From Clostridia bacterium (lineage in GTDB: Bacteria > Bacillota > Clostridia > UBA1212 > DUPL01): DNA of 64,000 bases. Positions 29,595 through 40,800 of the stretch are shown piece after piece (position 1 is the first letter of the stretch; every line of letters begins with the position of its first letter). Location: positions 608,001 through 672,000 of the forward strand of contig JBMNIW010000012.1 in the NCBI GenBank assembly GCA_050951325.1, in the 5' to 3' direction. The notes beneath the pieces were generated by a model. The model did no database searches. It was not told the origin of the DNA and was given only the letters and a program-made list of their open reading frames with translations. Position numbers and translations under genes: made by a program.

Positions 29595-31348
29595 GAATAA
29601 TGGTGGGACAGGGCAGCTGTGGTATAGCTGCCGGTGCTGAGAAGGTTTATGATGCCCTTGAAAGCGAAATTGGCAAGGGTTTAATGGATGCTGATTTGCA
29701 AATAACCGGGTGCATTGGAATGTGTTTTTTGGAACCCATAGTTGATGTGTATGTGGAAGACGAATTGCATAGATATGTGAAAGTTAGTGAAGAAGAAATA
29801 CCCGGGTTCGTAGAAGCTTTGAAGAGGGGTCTGTTTGATGGAGAAACACTCAAAAAGCTTGAAATAAAGCAGGGAGACACTGAGATATTAAGAAAGCAAA
29901 CAAGGATTGCGCTCAGAAACTGCGGACAAATAAATCCAGAAAGCATAACTGATTATGAGGCAAAAGGCGGATATGAGGCTCTTAGGAAAGTTCTTACTGA
30001 AATGACTCCCGAGGAAGTTATTGAAGAAATAAAGAAGTCGGGTCTCGGAGGGAGAGGAGGAGCCGGATTTCCAACTTGGTTCAAATGGAATGCTGCAAGA
30101 AGTTCCATGGAAGAGCCCAAATACCTTATCTGCAATGCGGATGAGGGCGATCCGGGAGCGTTCATGGACCGAGCCATTATTGAAGGTGACCCACATACAT
30201 TGATTGAAGGCATGCTCATTGGTGCGTATGCGATAGGAGCAGCAGAAGCGGTTGTGTATGTAAGGGCTGAGTATCCTTTGGCAATAATCAGACTCAATAA
30301 AGCAATAAGCCAGGCTGTGGAGAAAGGCTATCTTGGAAGGAATATCTTTGGAACAAGCTTCAGCTGTCACATAAGGATTAAAGCAGGCGCAGGTGCGTTT
30401 GTCTGCGGTGAGGAAACTGCTCTGATTGAATCCCTGGAAGGGCAGAGGGGGATGCCAAGATTGAAACCTCCCTTCCCCGCTGCAAAAGGTTACTGGCAGA
30501 AACCAAGCAACATAAACAATGTAGAAACATTTGCAAATGTCGCTTGGATAATCCTCAATGGTGGGGATGCCTTTTCAGCCATGGGAACGCAGGACAGTAA
30601 AGGCACAAAAGTATTTGCTTTGACTGGAAAGATAAACAAAGGTGGTCTTGTTGAAATTCCCATGGGCAAAACCCTGAGGGATGTAATATATGATATTGGT
30701 GGAGGAATCAAAGAGAATAAGAGATTCAAGGCAGTGCAGATGGGCGGACCTTCAGGAGGATGCATCCCTGAAGACTATTTGGATACTGTAATAGATTACA
30801 AGAAGCTTTCTCAAACCGGAGCCATCATGGGATCCGGCGGCATGGTTGTAATGGATGAAACCAACTGCATGGTAGATATGGCCAGGTTCTTCCTGGACTT
30901 TACTGCAAAAGAGTCCTGTGGTAAATGCATCCACTGCAGAATTGGAACAAAGAGAATGCTTGAGATTTTGAACCGCATTGTAGTCGGAGAAGGAAAAGAT
31001 GGAGATATAGAGCTCCTCGAGGAAATGTGCTACTCGATAAAGGATGGCTCTCTTTGTGGTCTTGGCCAGACTGCGCCAAACCCCGTACTTACGACCATTA
31101 AGTATTTTAGAAATGAGTATGAAGCACATATATACCATAAAAAGTGCCCGGCCAAACAGTGCAAATCACTAATTACATACAGAATCGACGAAGACAGATG
31201 TATTGGCTGCAGGGTCTGTGCGAGGAACTGTCCAGTCAATGCTATTTCAGGCAACCTTAAAGAAGTGCATGTAATTGACAGCGAAACATGCACAAAATGC
31301 GGGAAATGCATGGAAGTTTGCCGTTTCAAGGCAGTTGTATGCGAGTAG
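29591..31348 (+). CDS. NuoF/HydB-like FMN/NADH-binding bifurcating subunit (StnB-like)
   Basis: N-terminal thioredoxin-like FeS domain, GRGGAGFP, NADEGDPGAFMD, GEETAL, ESCGKCxxCR, C-terminal 2x[4Fe-4S]. Confidence 0.93.
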   Translation: MRIMVGQGSCGIAAGAEKVYDALESEIGKGLMDADLQITGCIGMCFLEPIVDVYVEDELHRYVKVSEEEIPGFVEALKRGLFDGETLKKLEIKQGDTEILRKQTRIALRNCGQINPESITDYEAKGGYEALRKVLTEMTPEEVIEEIKKSGLGGRGGAGFPTWFKWNAARSSMEEPKYLICNADEGDPGAFMDRAIIEGDPHTLIEGMLIGAYAIGAAEAVVYVRAEYPLAIIRLNKAISQAVEKGYLGRNIFGTSFSCHIRIKAGAGAFVCGEETALIESLEGQRGMPRLKPPFPAAKGYWQKPSNINNVETFANVAWIILNGGDAFSAMGTQDSKGTKVFALTGKINKGGLVEIPMGKTLRDVIYDIGGGIKENKRFKAVQMGGPSGGCIPEDYLDTVIDYKKLSQTGAIMGSGGMVVMDETNCMVDMARFFLDFTAKESCGKCIHCRIGTKRMLEILNRIVVGEGKDGDIELLEEMCYSIKDGSLCGLGQTAPNPVLTTIKYFRNEYEAHIYHKKCPAKQCKSLITYRIDEDRCIGCRVCARNCPVNAISGNLKEVHVIDSETCTKCGKCMEVCRFKAVVCE

Positions 31349-31367
31349 TTGAAGGATGAGGGAAAAC

Positions 31368-34235
31368 ATGTTGAAAGTAAAGATAAATGGCAATGAATAT
31401 ATTGGAGAAAAAGGCCAGACCATTCTGGATATAGCGAAATCAAATGGTGTGGAGATTCCGACACTATGCCACCATGAGAAAGTAAAACCATATGGTGGCT
31501 GCGGACTTTGTGTAGTAGAAATCAAGGGATTTGGTAAGCTTGCGAGAGCTTGTGCGACAGAAGCGGCAGATGGCATGGACATTAATACCGTGTCTGACAG
31601 GGTGGTGCAGGCGAGGAAAATAGCTCTGGAGTTCTTACTGTCAGACCATGTTGGGGACTGCAGACCTCCCTGCATGCTTGCATGTCCTGCAAACACGGAC
31701 TGTCAGGGATATGTCGGCCTTATAGCAAACGGTATGTACAAGGAGTCCGGAGACCTAATCAATGAAAGGCTACCCATGCCGGCATCCATAGGAAGAGTAT
31801 GTCCCCATCCCTGCGAAACTGCATGTAGAAGGGGAGCGCTTGATGAGCCTGTTGCCATAGCATGGCTTAAGAGATTTGTAGGTGATGTGAATCTTGCCAA
31901 CAAACAAGTCGATTTCAAGTCAAAAGCAACAATCGGTACTGGCAAGAGGGTGGCAGTTATAGGTGGAGGCCCTGCTGGCTTGTCGTGTGCGTATTTTCTT
32001 CGCATGAATGGTTATGCAGTGACAATATATGAAGCGATGCCTGAACTTGGCGGTATGCTAATGTATGGAATTCCAGAGTACAGACTGCCCAAGGAAGTTC
32101 TGAAAAAAGAAATTGACATGATTCTTTCCATGGGAGTGCAAGTAAAAACGAACACTAAAATTGGTTGCGACATTTCACTTGATGATATAAAAAAAGAATA
32201 TGATGCGGTGATTGTTGCAATTGGAGCCTGGAAAAGCTCAAGAATGAATATTCCGGGTGAAGATCTGCATGGAGTGTACGGTGGTATTGATTTCTTGCGT
32301 AATGTTGCAATGTCCGATGTTCAGCATGAGAGTAGGGATAAGATTGTATCTTCATTGAGTATTGGCAAGAGAGTGGCCGTTGTAGGTGGTGGAAACACAG
32401 CAATGGACGCCTGCAGGACAGCAGTTAGAGTAGGAGCTTCAGAGGTCTACACTCTATATAGAAGAACCAGAGAGGAAATGCCGGCTGACCCGGTTGAGGT
32501 TGAGGAAGCCATGGAAGAGGGCGTCATTTTTAAGTTTCTTTCCAATCCTGTGGAGATTATTGGAGAAGATAACAAAGTAAAAAGAATAAAGGTTCAAAAG
32601 ATGAAGCTGGGCGAGCCGGATGCGTCTGGCAGAAGATCACCCGTACCCATAGAAGGTGCATTTGAGGAACTGGAAGTGGATGCGGTAATAATTGCAATAG
32701 GACAGAGCATTGATATTGAGGGATTTGAATCATTGCAGACCACCAGGAAGCGAACAATCATAGCTGATGAAAATACATTTATGACAAGCATGGAGGGTGT
32801 GTTTGCATGCGGAGATGTGACAAATGCAGGACCTGATATTGCAATTGCAGCAATTGGAGAAGCGCAGAAGGCTGCCTATTCCGTTCACAAATACCTTGGT
32901 GGCGAGATAGACCACATCTTTGGCAATATCAAGGAATATGACTTTTACTCCAAGAGGGAAGTTACTCCGGAAGACATAAGAGAGATATTTAAAGACAGGG
33001 AAATCGAGTACAGACCTGATATTGATATTATTGAAGCTGACATAAGAAGAAAGAACTTCCAAGAGTACGTACCCATATACACTGAGGAAGAAGCTAAAAG
33101 AGAAGCTATGCGCTGTCTTGAATGCGGTTGCATGGATTACTTTGAATGCAAGTTGATCGATTATGCAAACAAGTATGGAGTTGCACCTGAAAGATTTGCA
33201 GGTGATGTTCATAATAGAAGAAAACCAAGCACCCATCTTCATATAGTCAGGGATTCCGACAAGTGCATACTCTGCGGTCTATGTGTAAGATTGTGTGAGG
33301 AAGTAAGAGGAGTTACCGCTTTGGGTCTTGTTGGACGAGGTTTTGACACAATTGTGGAGCCCGAAATGAGAAAAGTACTTGAGGAAACCGAATGTGACTC
33401 CTGCGGATTGTGCGTGTCTGCATGTCCAACCGGAGCTCTTGTGGAAAAACAGTCATTAATAAAGGCAGTTCCTTTGAATGAAAAATACACAGTATCTACA
33501 TGCGGGTTGTGCAGCAAGGCGTGCAGCATAAAAGTTGCTACTTATGGAAACCATGTTGTGCGCGTACTGCCTGTATCAGATGCGAGGACTGCTGATATAC
33601 TTTGCATAAAAGGCAGATTCATGTATGTAGATGTTCTATCAAACGACAGGTTAAAGAGTGCATATATTAACGACAGGGAGTGCGATGTTGAAAAAGCCTG
33701 TGAGTATATAATTGAGGAAATAAGAAAGAATACAGGTAAAAAAGTTGTTTTTGTATCTGCCGACTATACGAACGAGCAGGTCGACAAAGTGCTTCTATTT
33801 GCCAAGGCAATTGGTGCGGAAGTTGTTTCCGGTATATTGAGGCAACATAAGTTTGATGATGCATCTGCCTTTGCAGGCGTAAACGAATTTGGTCTGAGAG
33901 TGAAAGGCATAAAGGCATTAGAGGATGCTGCAAACCTCAAGGAAGAAATTGAAAATGGCGATGTGGAAGTGCTGGTTTCTTTTGGAGATAAACTTGAGGG
34001 TATCAACCTTGACAATGTTAATTTCAAGGCATTCATGAGTTTGCACATGCCAAAACATGAAGGTGTGAATGTATTACTGCCAGACAGCTCATATTTTGAA
34101 ATCATCGGTACATTTACAAAAAAGAGTGAAGACGGTACTTTTGAAGACAGGGAAGTAAATGCATGCATTAAGCCGTTTGGTGGAATTAGCAGCTCTGAAA
34201 TATTGGATAATTTGTGTGGCAAGGTGTGTGAATAA
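31368..34235 (+). CDS. StnC-like fusion: [2Fe-2S] + NfnB/GltD FAD-NADPH domain + NuoG-like FeS domains
   Basis: IPTLC..GCGLC..C; GRVCPHPCE; GGGPAG; GGGNTAMD; YRRT; EAMRCLECGC; KCILCGLCVRLC; no H-cluster motifs. Start 31356 or 31368. Confidence 0.85.
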   Translation: MLKVKINGNEYIGEKGQTILDIAKSNGVEIPTLCHHEKVKPYGGCGLCVVEIKGFGKLARACATEAADGMDINTVSDRVVQARKIALEFLLSDHVGDCRPPCMLACPANTDCQGYVGLIANGMYKESGDLINERLPMPASIGRVCPHPCETACRRGALDEPVAIAWLKRFVGDVNLANKQVDFKSKATIGTGKRVAVIGGGPAGLSCAYFLRMNGYAVTIYEAMPELGGMLMYGIPEYRLPKEVLKKEIDMILSMGVQVKTNTKIGCDISLDDIKKEYDAVIVAIGAWKSSRMNIPGEDLHGVYGGIDFLRNVAMSDVQHESRDKIVSSLSIGKRVAVVGGGNTAMDACRTAVRVGASEVYTLYRRTREEMPADPVEVEEAMEEGVIFKFLSNPVEIIGEDNKVKRIKVQKMKLGEPDASGRRSPVPIEGAFEELEVDAVIIAIGQSIDIEGFESLQTTRKRTIIADENTFMTSMEGVFACGDVTNAGPDIAIAAIGEAQKAAYSVHKYLGGEIDHIFGNIKEYDFYSKREVTPEDIREIFKDREIEYRPDIDIIEADIRRKNFQEYVPIYTEEEAKREAMRCLECGCMDYFECKLIDYANKYGVAPERFAGDVHNRRKPSTHLHIVRDSDKCILCGLCVRLCEEVRGVTALGLVGRGFDTIVEPEMRKVLEETECDSCGLCVSACPTGALVEKQSLIKAVPLNEKYTVSTCGLCSKACSIKVATYGNHVVRVLPVSDARTADILCIKGRFMYVDVLSNDRLKSAYINDRECDVEKACEYIIEEIRKNTGKKVVFVSADYTNEQVDKVLLFAKAIGAEVVSGILRQHKFDDASAFAGVNEFGLRVKGIKALEDAANLKEEIENGDVEVLVSFGDKLEGINLDNVNFKAFMSLHMPKHEGVNVLLPDSSYFEIIGTFTKKSEDGTFEDREVNACIKPFGGISSSEILDNLCGKVCE

Positions 34236-34741
34236 TGCGCAACAAGGTTATGTATATAACAACGGCGGCTATGATAGCTGCCATATATACAGCTCTTACA
34301 TTGGCAGGTGTAGGTTTTGCTTACGGGTCTGTACAGTTTAGGTTTTCTGAAGCGCTGAGTATTTTGCCAGTATTTACCCCTGCGGCAATACCAGGCCTTA
34401 CAATAGGCTGTGTTATAGCAAATCTGATAGGACCGTATGGAATTGCTGACGTTGTACTCGGCTCAATCGCCACATTGTTGTCTGCCTTGTTTGCATATGC
34501 TACAAGAAATATCAGGGTTTGGAAACTTCCGCTTTTAGCGCCTTTGGGAGCTGTGGTTTTTAATGCGTTTATTGTTAGTGCGATAATATTCTTCTTTACA
34601 CCTGAAGATGTTGCCTATTTTATCTCTGTTATCTGGATAGGGTTAGGTCAGCTGGCATCTTGCTACGGCCTTGGAATACCCCTCTTTTATATACTTGACA
34701 AATCAAAACTGTTTGACAGATTCAACGGTTATACTCACTAA
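34235..34741 (+). CDS. queT: QueT family transporter (queuosine precursor)
   Basis: AAMIAAIYTALT...YGSVQFRFSEAL..LP...GLTIGCVIAN. Confidence 0.85.
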   Translation: MRNKVMYITTAAMIAAIYTALTLAGVGFAYGSVQFRFSEALSILPVFTPAAIPGLTIGCVIANLIGPYGIADVVLGSIATLLSALFAYATRNIRVWKLPLLAPLGAVVFNAFIVSAIIFFFTPEDVAYFISVIWIGLGQLASCYGLGIPLFYILDKSKLFDRFNGYTH

Positions 34742-34769
34742 CCAGAAAAAGAATTATATTAGAGTATGG

Positions 34770-34804
34770 ATTAACGGCTAAAAGAAAAAGCCGTTAATTT
34801 TTTT
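34770..34804 (+). terminator. Intrinsic terminator
   Basis: attaacggct...agccgttaat + T-run. Confidence 0.85.
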
Positions 34805-34850
34805 ATATATAAAAAGAGAAATTGGCAATACTAAAAGAGGAGGTGTTTCT

Positions 34851-37800
34851 GTGATTTTCAAAGAAGTACTTGGTAGAGACTCATTTATCAAAAGAGCGGA
34901 AATGGCTGCTCATTCTCATCATATTAAAGGAAAGTGCAAAAAATGGCCAAGACACTTGCCAAAACCCCAAGAGCTAAAAGATGTAATTGAGAATACGTAT
35001 AGAAGGATTGCTTCCAGATATATCGAAGAAAGAAGTGTGGCGATGCCTGCTGAGGAATGGATAGCGGACAACTACCATTTTATTAAAGGGCAGCTGAACA
35101 CATTCGAAGATCTGGGCAAACAGATAAAGTATCTTCCGATGATAGAAAGAAGTGACATTAAAGGGTACTCGGAGCTCAGAATATACTCAATTTGTTCCGA
35201 GATAGTCGAGTATACGGACGGTTTGGTGGATGAAGGTGCCATTTCTGATTATCTTGACAGTTATCAGAAGATATCTCCTCTGAAAACAGCGGAGCTTGCA
35301 GTTATTGCACCCATGCTGAGACTTGCCTTATTGAATCGTATTGCCTTGGTATGCAAAATGACCGATAGAGTAACGGAAGAAAGGCATGAGTCAGAACTTA
35401 TGTTTAACCGTTACGTTAATTACATTGAAGGAAAAGGTGCAAGCAATAGAGCTCTTGAAAAATGGATATCCAGTGTGGGAGATTTGTCTCCTGTGTTTGC
35501 TGAGACCATTTTGAGACTCGCTGCAAAATGGTCGGATGACACAGAACAATTTAGAAACATCCTGAAGCGCAAGCTGGCGGGCAGGGGTATCACACTTGAT
35601 GAGCTGATTGCAAAAGAACACAAGACAAGGAGTGCCTTGGGTGTATCCGTTGGAAACGCAATTACAGGACTTAACAACTTAACATCCATCCATTGGAGTG
35701 CCTTGCTAAAAAAACTTAGCATTGTGGAACAGATTCTATTGAAAGACCCTGTGGATGTTTTCAGCAAAATGGGACGACAAAGTAGAACCTACTACGTGTA
35801 CCTCATTGATGTATATGCGCGAAGAATGGGTGTTTCTGCAGAAAGTGTTGCAATGACCGCTATTGAGCTTGCCTCAGCTTCATCGTCTCCGCAGCATGTT
35901 GGATATTATCTTTATAAAGAAGGGTATAGAGACCTTAAGAAGGCGGTATCCGAGAAATTTAAAACCAGAAAGCCAATGTTCAGCATAAAACCAAGGGGCT
36001 TGCAAGCTGGTGTGATGTTTCTTACATCATTAGCTATATTTAGTGTTATTCTTGGATTCCTGCCGCTTATATATATTATTTATGCAATAACCAGGAACTA
36101 CAACGGCATTGTGATAAATCTGCTCCTTGCAGCAGGTTTGATTCTGCCGCTGCTGGTAATTGTGCAGAATATTGCAATACCTATACTTCAAAAGATTTTT
36201 GCAAAGCTTTATCCTCCAAGACCACTGCCTCATATGGACTTCTCCAGCGGTATCCCTGATGATTGCAAGGTGATGTGCATCATACCCGCAGTAATAGACA
36301 GTCCTGAACGGGCAAAGGATTTGGTAAGGCAGCTTGAGATATTGTATCTTGCCAACAGAGAAGATAATATCTATTATTCCTTGGTCGGAGATTTCAAGGA
36401 AAGTCCCCGGCAAACAGAAGACATGGACAGGAGTATTGTAAAAGCCGCTTATGACAGTGTTGAGGAACTGGATAAGAAGTATGGTGTAGACAACCGGTTC
36501 TTTTTCTTTTACAGGGAGCGAGTTTTCTATGAAAAAGAAAACAAGTACATGGGGTACGAACGAAAAAGAGGAGCAATAATTGAATTTAACAATCTGCTTA
36601 TTGGGAAATCCAATTCATTTAAATCTAATGCAAAGGGAGACATGCCTGATATCAAGTATGTTTTAACGATTGATGCGGATACCTTTGTGCCAGGTGGCAG
36701 CATAAGACAGATGGTGGAAATCATGGAGCACCCTCTGAACGTGCCTGTTGTAAAAGACAATGTTGTAGTAGACGGATATGGAATACTGCAGCCATCAATA
36801 GTTCAAGGCATGAGTTATAAAAGCCCGAACTTTTTTACCAGCTGTTATTCATGCCAACCGGGTGTGGATTGTTACTTTTCACAGACTTCAGACTTCTACT
36901 TTGACACTTGTTATGAAGGAATCTTCACCGGCAAGGGAATGTACAATCCAGCACTTTTTAATGCCCTGTTGGAAGATGCCTTTCCAGACAATTCAATACT
37001 AAGCCACGATTTGATTGAAGGCTCATATCTTAGAACGGCCTTTGCATCTAATATCAGATTTTATGATTCTTTCCCAGGCAGTTACGATTCATATGTGAGG
37101 AGACTTCATAGATGGACGAGGGGAGATTGGCAACTCCTGCCTTTCAAGAAAAAAACCATAATAGACAAAAAAGGCAGGAAGAGAAAAAATCCATTGAACT
37201 TTCTGTCCATTTTTAAAATAAATGCAAATTTTATTCGAAGTCTATTGGCGCCAAGTGTACTGCTGACGTATATAATCGGGATGCTTGCATTAAGGTCATA
37301 CTTTGTCTTTTGGCATGTGTTGCTTGCAATTACAATGTATCTTCCTTTTATACTGTCTCCTTCGTTGGGGCTGTTGAAGCAATGCACACTGCGGATTGTA
37401 TTTCTGCCTCATGAGGCATATGTCATGGCAGACAGTATAGTCAGAACATTATGGAGAGTGTATGTTAGCAGAAAGAATCTTTTGTCATGGGTGACATCTG
37501 CAGACAGTGAGAAACTGACCAAAGGCTCTTTTGCATATTACTGCAAAAATATGTGGTTCTCATTTATTGCGGCAATAATTATACCGGGCATTACAACTCC
37601 AATATGGTTCTTTGCCCCATTTGTTGCAAAGATAATAAGCAACAACAAATGTGACAAAGTAGTTGATGAAGCGGAAAACAGGAGAAACAGGTCAATAGGC
37701 ATATTGTCCCGTAAGATATGGGCATTTTACGAAGACTATGCAGGGAAGCAGGACAATTACCTGCCTCCTGACAACGTTCAGTTTGAACCTGTGTATTCAA

Positions 37801-40800
37801 TTGCTCACAGAACATCTCCTACCAATATAGGGTATCTGATACTAAGTTGTGTTATTGCCTACAATATGGGTTATATTACTTTTTGCAATATGATCGAAAG
37901 GCTTGAGAATATAATGAACACGATTGACCGCATGGAGAAATGGAAGGGGCATTTGTACAACTGGTATGACACGATTTCGCTTGTCCCCCTGACTCCGATA
38001 TTTGTGTCGACCGTCGACAGTGGCAACTTGATGGCAGCATTACTTTGCTCGGCACAAATAATTAGGGAGACAGTTGAAAGACATGACAGCGAAGATAATA
38101 AATTGTACCGAGATAAAGTTATTACTTCACAGGCACATGGTCTTCTTGACCTTATCAATACTTTGAACGAGTATGCAGATGTGGAAAGGAAGGTCGACAA
38201 GGAGGCGGTGGAGAGTTTCCTCAATAATAGCGAGAAGACAATAGAAGAATGGAATTATGTACTTTCTCATTATAACTCCGATTCGAACTTCGAAAACGTT
38301 AACCAGAATGAATCTACAAAAGCGTTTGCATTAAGGGTAAAACTAAAAGACGCGGTAAGTGCTTTTATTGAAGAACTCAATATTGATTCTATTTCTATTT
38401 GCCGCGACAGGGCGAATGAAATTATTAAAAGAATGGAGGACCTTGCTCTTGGATTTGATTTCAAACCTTTATACAATGAGCAAAAGCAGCTGTTTTCTGT
38501 TGGATATTCTCTTAATGAAAGAAGAAGGTCGGGTGCTCATTATGATATTGTAGCCTCCGAGGCAAGACTTACAAGCTACCTTGCGATAGCGAAAGGCGAT
38601 GTGGGATATGAGCATTTCTTCAAGATGGCTAGAAGATACTCGGAAGAGACGGGTGTTCTTTTGTCATGGGCAGGCACTACTTTTGAATACCTTTTGCCTG
38701 AGGCATTTTTTAAAGTCTGCGAAGATTCCTTGTGGAGGAAGGTTTGCGATATCGCTGTTGAGATTCAAATGGAGTATGGGAAGGAATACGGCATACCATG
38801 GGGCGTGTCCGAGTCTTGTTTTAACGCCATGGAAGTCAATATGAACTTCAAGTATAAAGCGTTTGGAGTTCCCGAACTCGGAATTCGTCGCAACCATAAT
38901 ACTGAGAGAGTGGTTTCGCCTTACTCTTCACTCATGGCTATTGACAGAAAGCCTGATGAAGTAATTAAGAATCTGGAGAGGTTCAAAGAGGTGGGCGCTT
39001 ATGGAATATATGGGTATTGCGAGGCAGTCGACTATACACAAGGTCGCATGGGTGTCGTAAAAAGCTTTATGGCGCATCATTTGGGTATGTCATTTGCGGC
39101 AATTGCGAACTTTGCACTAGATGATTTGATTAGAGAAAACTTTAGTGCGATTCCACTTGTTGAATCGTGCAAATGGCTGCTGACTGAAAAAATGCCCTGC
39201 AAGCATTTGCGCAAGTGGAAGCTGGTTTCCGGCAATCATATACTAGGCTTCCTGACAAAGAAGGCATATATTGGCAATAGAAAAGCATATGACGACAGGC
39301 AGAATGACAAGAAAGACAGATATAATGAGCTAGGAACACAGGAGAATCATGAATGCAACCATGCTGCAGACTTGCGCGAAATTACTTCTTTTGGTGGAGC
39401 TCTTCCGGATTGTCATCTGCTGTCAAATGGCAATTACCACGTAATGATTACAGCTGACGGTGTCGGCTACTCAAAATGTGGAGAGATTGGGATAACAAGA
39501 TGGTTTGGAGGCATAGAAAGGGAGATTGTTGGTTTCTTCATTTATGTGAGGGTGAGGGAAACAGGAGAGGTGTTTTCACTGACCTATAATCCTGTTGCAA
39601 AAAAAGCGGATAAACAAGTTGTATATTTCTACAATGACCGTGCCTTGTTCAAGAGAAGAGACGGGGATTTGGAAAGTGAGCTTGAGATTTTTGTGTCTCC
39701 TGAAGAGAACGCAGAGATCAGAAGGGTCAAGTTCACAAGTAACTCCGAGCAGAACTTGCACCTAGAGGTAACATGCGTGTGTGAGCTTACCATGACCTCT
39801 TGGATGTCACATCAATCTCATCCTGCTTACTCGGACCTAATGATTGTAACCGAGGCAAATCCAAGCGAGTACACCCTTATAGCGAAAAGGAAGTATAAGG
39901 ACGAGCCAAGCAATCTCACCTATGCATGCATGGTGGCGTCATCAAAATCAGGAGATATTTCTGCTTTCTCTTATGATACTGATTTTTTAACCTTTATGGG
40001 AAGAAACAGAGATTATGAGAATCCAAAATCAATGGAGGCAAATGCGCCTCTTTCAGGAAACCATGGTGCGGTTATTACTCCTTGTTTTTCAATGCGCTGC
40101 ATGATTAGCGTACCTGCAGGCGAGAGTGATACACTGGCCTTTACGTTGGGATACGCTGAAAGCAGAGATGCAATATATGAAATAGTTGACAAGTTTCGCA
40201 ACATTAGAAACACGGAAAGGGCTCTCAGCCTTGCTGAAACAAGATGCGTTATTGAACAGGAATATGTCGAAGTGCTGCCGGGTGAGAGAAAGGCCTTCCT
40301 CAGTACACTTTCGCATATTGTCTTTATGAGCCCTGTGAGGATCTTGTTTTCAGGTGCGATTAGTCGTGGTCAGGATATTGTTGCCAGCTTGTGGGAATTG
40401 GGAATTTCGGGTGATAACCCGATTGTTACAGTGTTTGCACAAAAAATCGAGAACTACAACTTTCTTGAAAGAATGATAAGGATGTGGAGGTTTTTCAGCT
40501 TCAGGGGCTTTGTGTTAGACCTGGCGATAATAACTGAAGAAGGTGGCGAGTATGTAAGCTCTCAAAAGGATGCTGCAGAAAGCCTTGCTGCAAAAGCACT
40601 TGCTGGCAGCTACCATGTGCGTGGTAATATTTATGTAATACAGCCCATGGAGAAAAACAGACGAGCATTGGAATGTTTGCTTGCAGCTAGCTGTATAGTT
40701 CTTAAGCCATCTAGTCAGAGTCAGGAAAATGCAAAAGCTGTTGCTGGAAAGGAAAAGCTTTACCGAAACATGATTATGGCTGGAAATGAGTTTGCGCTCA

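Noticed and set aside
31368-34235. [FeFe]-hydrogenase or selenocysteine formate dehydrogenase
   Set aside because: No H-cluster motifs, no in-frame TGA, and no complete Mo-bisPGD domain.
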